From contig JBKHVI010000053.1 in assembly GCA_046570105.1 (NCBI GenBank), forward strand, positions 1-17,553: DNA of 17,553 bases, given 5' to 3'. Both the position numbers and the translations under genes were made by a program. This document shows, one piece after another, positions 15,687 to 17,553 of the stretch (its first letter is position 1; each line of letters opens with the position of its first letter). The DNA comes from Bacteriovoracia bacterium (GTDB lineage Bacteria > Bdellovibrionota > Bacteriovoracia > Bacteriovoracales > Bacteriovoracaceae). A model generated the notes under the pieces. It saw nothing but the letters and a program-made list of their open reading frames with translations, searched no databases and had not been told where the DNA came from.

Positions 15687-17056
15687 GTATTTAAATTAAT
15701 CACAAAACTAGTTCCACAAGCACCATCTGATTCGGCATGGATGGTGCCGTGGTGTTTGACCACGATGTGTTTCACGATCGCAAGTCCCAGGCCTGTGCCG
15801 CCGGTCTCACGGTCGCGGGAAGCATCCACGCGATAGAAACGCTCAAAGATGCGCGGAAGATGTTCTTTGCCAATACCAGGGCCATTGTCGGTAATTGTGA
15901 GTTTGATCTGCTTGTCTGATTGCGCCGTAGCGACTTTGATCACAGGAGCTGGCCCGCCATACTTACACGCATTCTCAATCAAGTTGGTGAGAACTTGTTC
16001 AAAGAGTTTGGGGTCAACATTAAGTTGATCGACCTGTAACTGTCTTTCAATCTTGATAGTTTTCCCATGATGAACAGCTTTCACGTTAGCCTCGACATGA
16101 TCAAGCATTTCATTGATTGAAGTGGATTCAATTTTCATACGATCGCGTGATTCAATCACGGAGAGTTCTAAAAGATCATTAAACAGTGCGATCATGCGTT
16201 CTGTGTTGTGGAGAATTTTTTCAATAAAGCCCTGCAGTTCAGTGGGGAAAGTATTTTTGTTCGCTTTCAAGACCTGCGTGAAGCCTTTAATGGAAGTGAG
16301 CGGAGTACGGATTTCATGAGAAACGTTAGCGACAAAATCGACCCGCATTTGTTCCGTTAACTTAGCTTCTGTCACGTCGGCAAAAACACCAACAGCGCCA
16401 TTGTAGGCACCATCTTCTCCCGGCAATGGAGAAACGGTTAAATTGTAGTAGCGTGTGTCTCCACCTACCATCACGATAAACCCTTTCAGCTTTTTCATTT
16501 TGTGATGAGCGAGAACATCGTCAAAGATTTCTCTGGCCTCAGGAACATCTAAGATGCTCCAAAGCTTGCCACCTGATTGCAGCTTGGCCTTGCCACTAAT
16601 AAAAGTGCGTTCAAAACGTGGGTTGAAGAAGAGGACGTTGGCCTGACGATCTAGCGCCAAGATTTCGTTATTGATACTTCCCAAAAGTGTTGTGAATTTG
16701 CGGTTTTCTGCTTGGATAGTTTTCAGTTGAGCATCTAAGCGTTCATCAGCTTCAATGAGCGCAGCCTCAATATTGGCCCACTCGTCCTTGCGATAAAACA
16801 AATCAATTTTCGTACGATGAGGAAGTTCGTGGGCCACGATGCGAGTCACACGATTAAGTACGCGCTCAAGTGGGCGAGTGGCACGATAAAAAATATATGT
16901 GGTAACGATGAATCCACCGATCATCCACGGGAGAGTCAGCCAAGCGACGCGACTATCGATCGTCCAGAGGGCGACGAAAATGAGCAATCCCACAACGGCA
17001 TTGATACGAACGGTACGCCAAAAAAAGTACCAGGGAAAATGGGAGTTAGCGGTCAT
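15683..17056 (-). CDS. phoR: PhoR-like sensor histidine kinase (2 TM, HAMP-like, PAS, HisKA, HATPase; 457 aa)
   Basis: H box DFVANVSHEIRTPLTSIKG, N box NLIENACKY, G1 DNGPGI, F box RIFERFYRVD and G2 GGTGLGLAIVKHIV. Little or no periplasmic loop. Orthology to phoR is inferred. Confidence 0.8.
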   Translation of the reverse strand: MTANSHFPWYFFWRTVRINAVVGLLIFVALWTIDSRVAWLTLPWMIGGFIVTTYIFYRATRPLERVLNRVTRIVAHELPHRTKIDLFYRKDEWANIEAALIEADERLDAQLKTIQAENRKFTTLLGSINNEILALDRQANVLFFNPRFERTFISGKAKLQSGGKLWSILDVPEAREIFDDVLAHHKMKKLKGFIVMVGGDTRYYNLTVSPLPGEDGAYNGAVGVFADVTEAKLTEQMRVDFVANVSHEIRTPLTSIKGFTQVLKANKNTFPTELQGFIEKILHNTERMIALFNDLLELSVIESRDRMKIESTSINEMLDHVEANVKAVHHGKTIKIERQLQVDQLNVDPKLFEQVLTNLIENACKYGGPAPVIKVATAQSDKQIKLTITDNGPGIGKEHLPRIFERFYRVDASRDRETGGTGLGLAIVKHIVVKHHGTIHAESDGACGTSFVINLNT

Positions 17057-17552
17057 CCTTGAAACGGTATCCTATGCCACGGATGGTTTCAACTAGTCGT
17101 CCAGCTGTAGCGAGCTTTTTTCGTAAACCGGCGATATGGGTATCAATGGTGCGACCGGTGACATGGATATGCTCACCTTGGATTTGCGAGATTAATTGTG
17201 TGCGAGTGAAGACATGGCCCGGTTTTTCCGCCAAGGTTTGCAAAATTTTAAACTCAGTGGTGGTCAGAGAGACTTCTTTGTTGCTGACTGTGACACGCAC
17301 TTTGGTCGGTTCGATCTTGAGTTCTTCAAACTCCAGTACTGTAGCATCGCCAGTGGTGCTAGCACCACGCGGCTCTAAGTCGCGCATCTGTACTCGGACA
17401 CGGGCCTGCAGCACATCTAAGTCAAAAGGTTTGGTGATGTAGTCATCTGCGCCAGCATCAAGGCCCGCGACGATATTATCGGCTTGAGTAAGTGCCGTGA
17501 TCATAATGATAGGGATGTCTTTAAAGTCGCGATGACTGCGGATGCGACGAGT
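17046..17552 (-). CDS. phoB: OmpR/PhoB-family response regulator, 5'-truncated
   Basis: The frame stays open to the window edge (TRRIRSHRDFKDIPIIMITAL...). GADDYITKPF, then winged helix LTTTEFKIL...RTIDTHIAGLRKKL...ETIRGIGYRF. The stop overlaps the kinase start by 11 nt. Confidence 0.8.
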   Translation of the reverse strand, partial: TRRIRSHRDFKDIPIIMITALTQADNIVAGLDAGADDYITKPFDLDVLQARVRVQMRDLEPRGASTTGDATVLEFEELKIEPTKVRVTVSNKEVSLTTTEFKILQTLAEKPGHVFTRTQLISQIQGEHIHVTGRTIDTHIAGLRKKLATAGRLVETIRGIGYRFKDDR

Positions 17553-17553
17553 G

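Noticed and set aside
1440..17442. The many 60-130 aa alternative-frame or antisense ORFs in the track (e.g. 1440-1703, 1930-2211, 6911-7192, 10772-11056, 17059-17442)
   Set aside because: They lie within or antisense to well-supported genes and show no recognisable motifs, as expected for shadow ORFs.

Overview
Gene-dense bacterial window with 14 supportable CDS, two of them truncated by the window edges. No rRNA, tRNA, CRISPR array or mobile element is evident. The gene content (TsaP-like LysM protein, DUF4911, secreted FecR-domain protein, GP42-type transglutaminase, large GLUG lipoprotein) suggests a predatory Bdellovibrionota/Bacteriovorax-like organism; this is inference. Left part: a small Cys-rich hypothetical protein, an alpha/beta hydrolase, an M48/Ste24 peptidase, glyoxalase II, a Bcp peroxiredoxin with a histone-H1-like Lys-rich N-terminal tail, and DUF4911. 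Middle: a TPR lipoprotein plus TsaP-like protein operon, a bidirectional terminator, and a secreted GP42/Pep-13-type transglutaminase homolog. Right: a 1195-aa GLUG beta-helix lipoprotein divergent from a FecR-domain protein plus a TPR/~14-strand beta-barrel (SLAM/T11SS-like) pair, then a PhoR/PhoB-like two-component pair. Best candidates for new biology: the H1-tail-Bcp fusion, the lipoprotein/FecR/SLAM-like export or signalling locus, and the GP42 homolog with a His-to-Asn change next to the catalytic Cys. Family assignments come from motif recognition only; no database searches were run.
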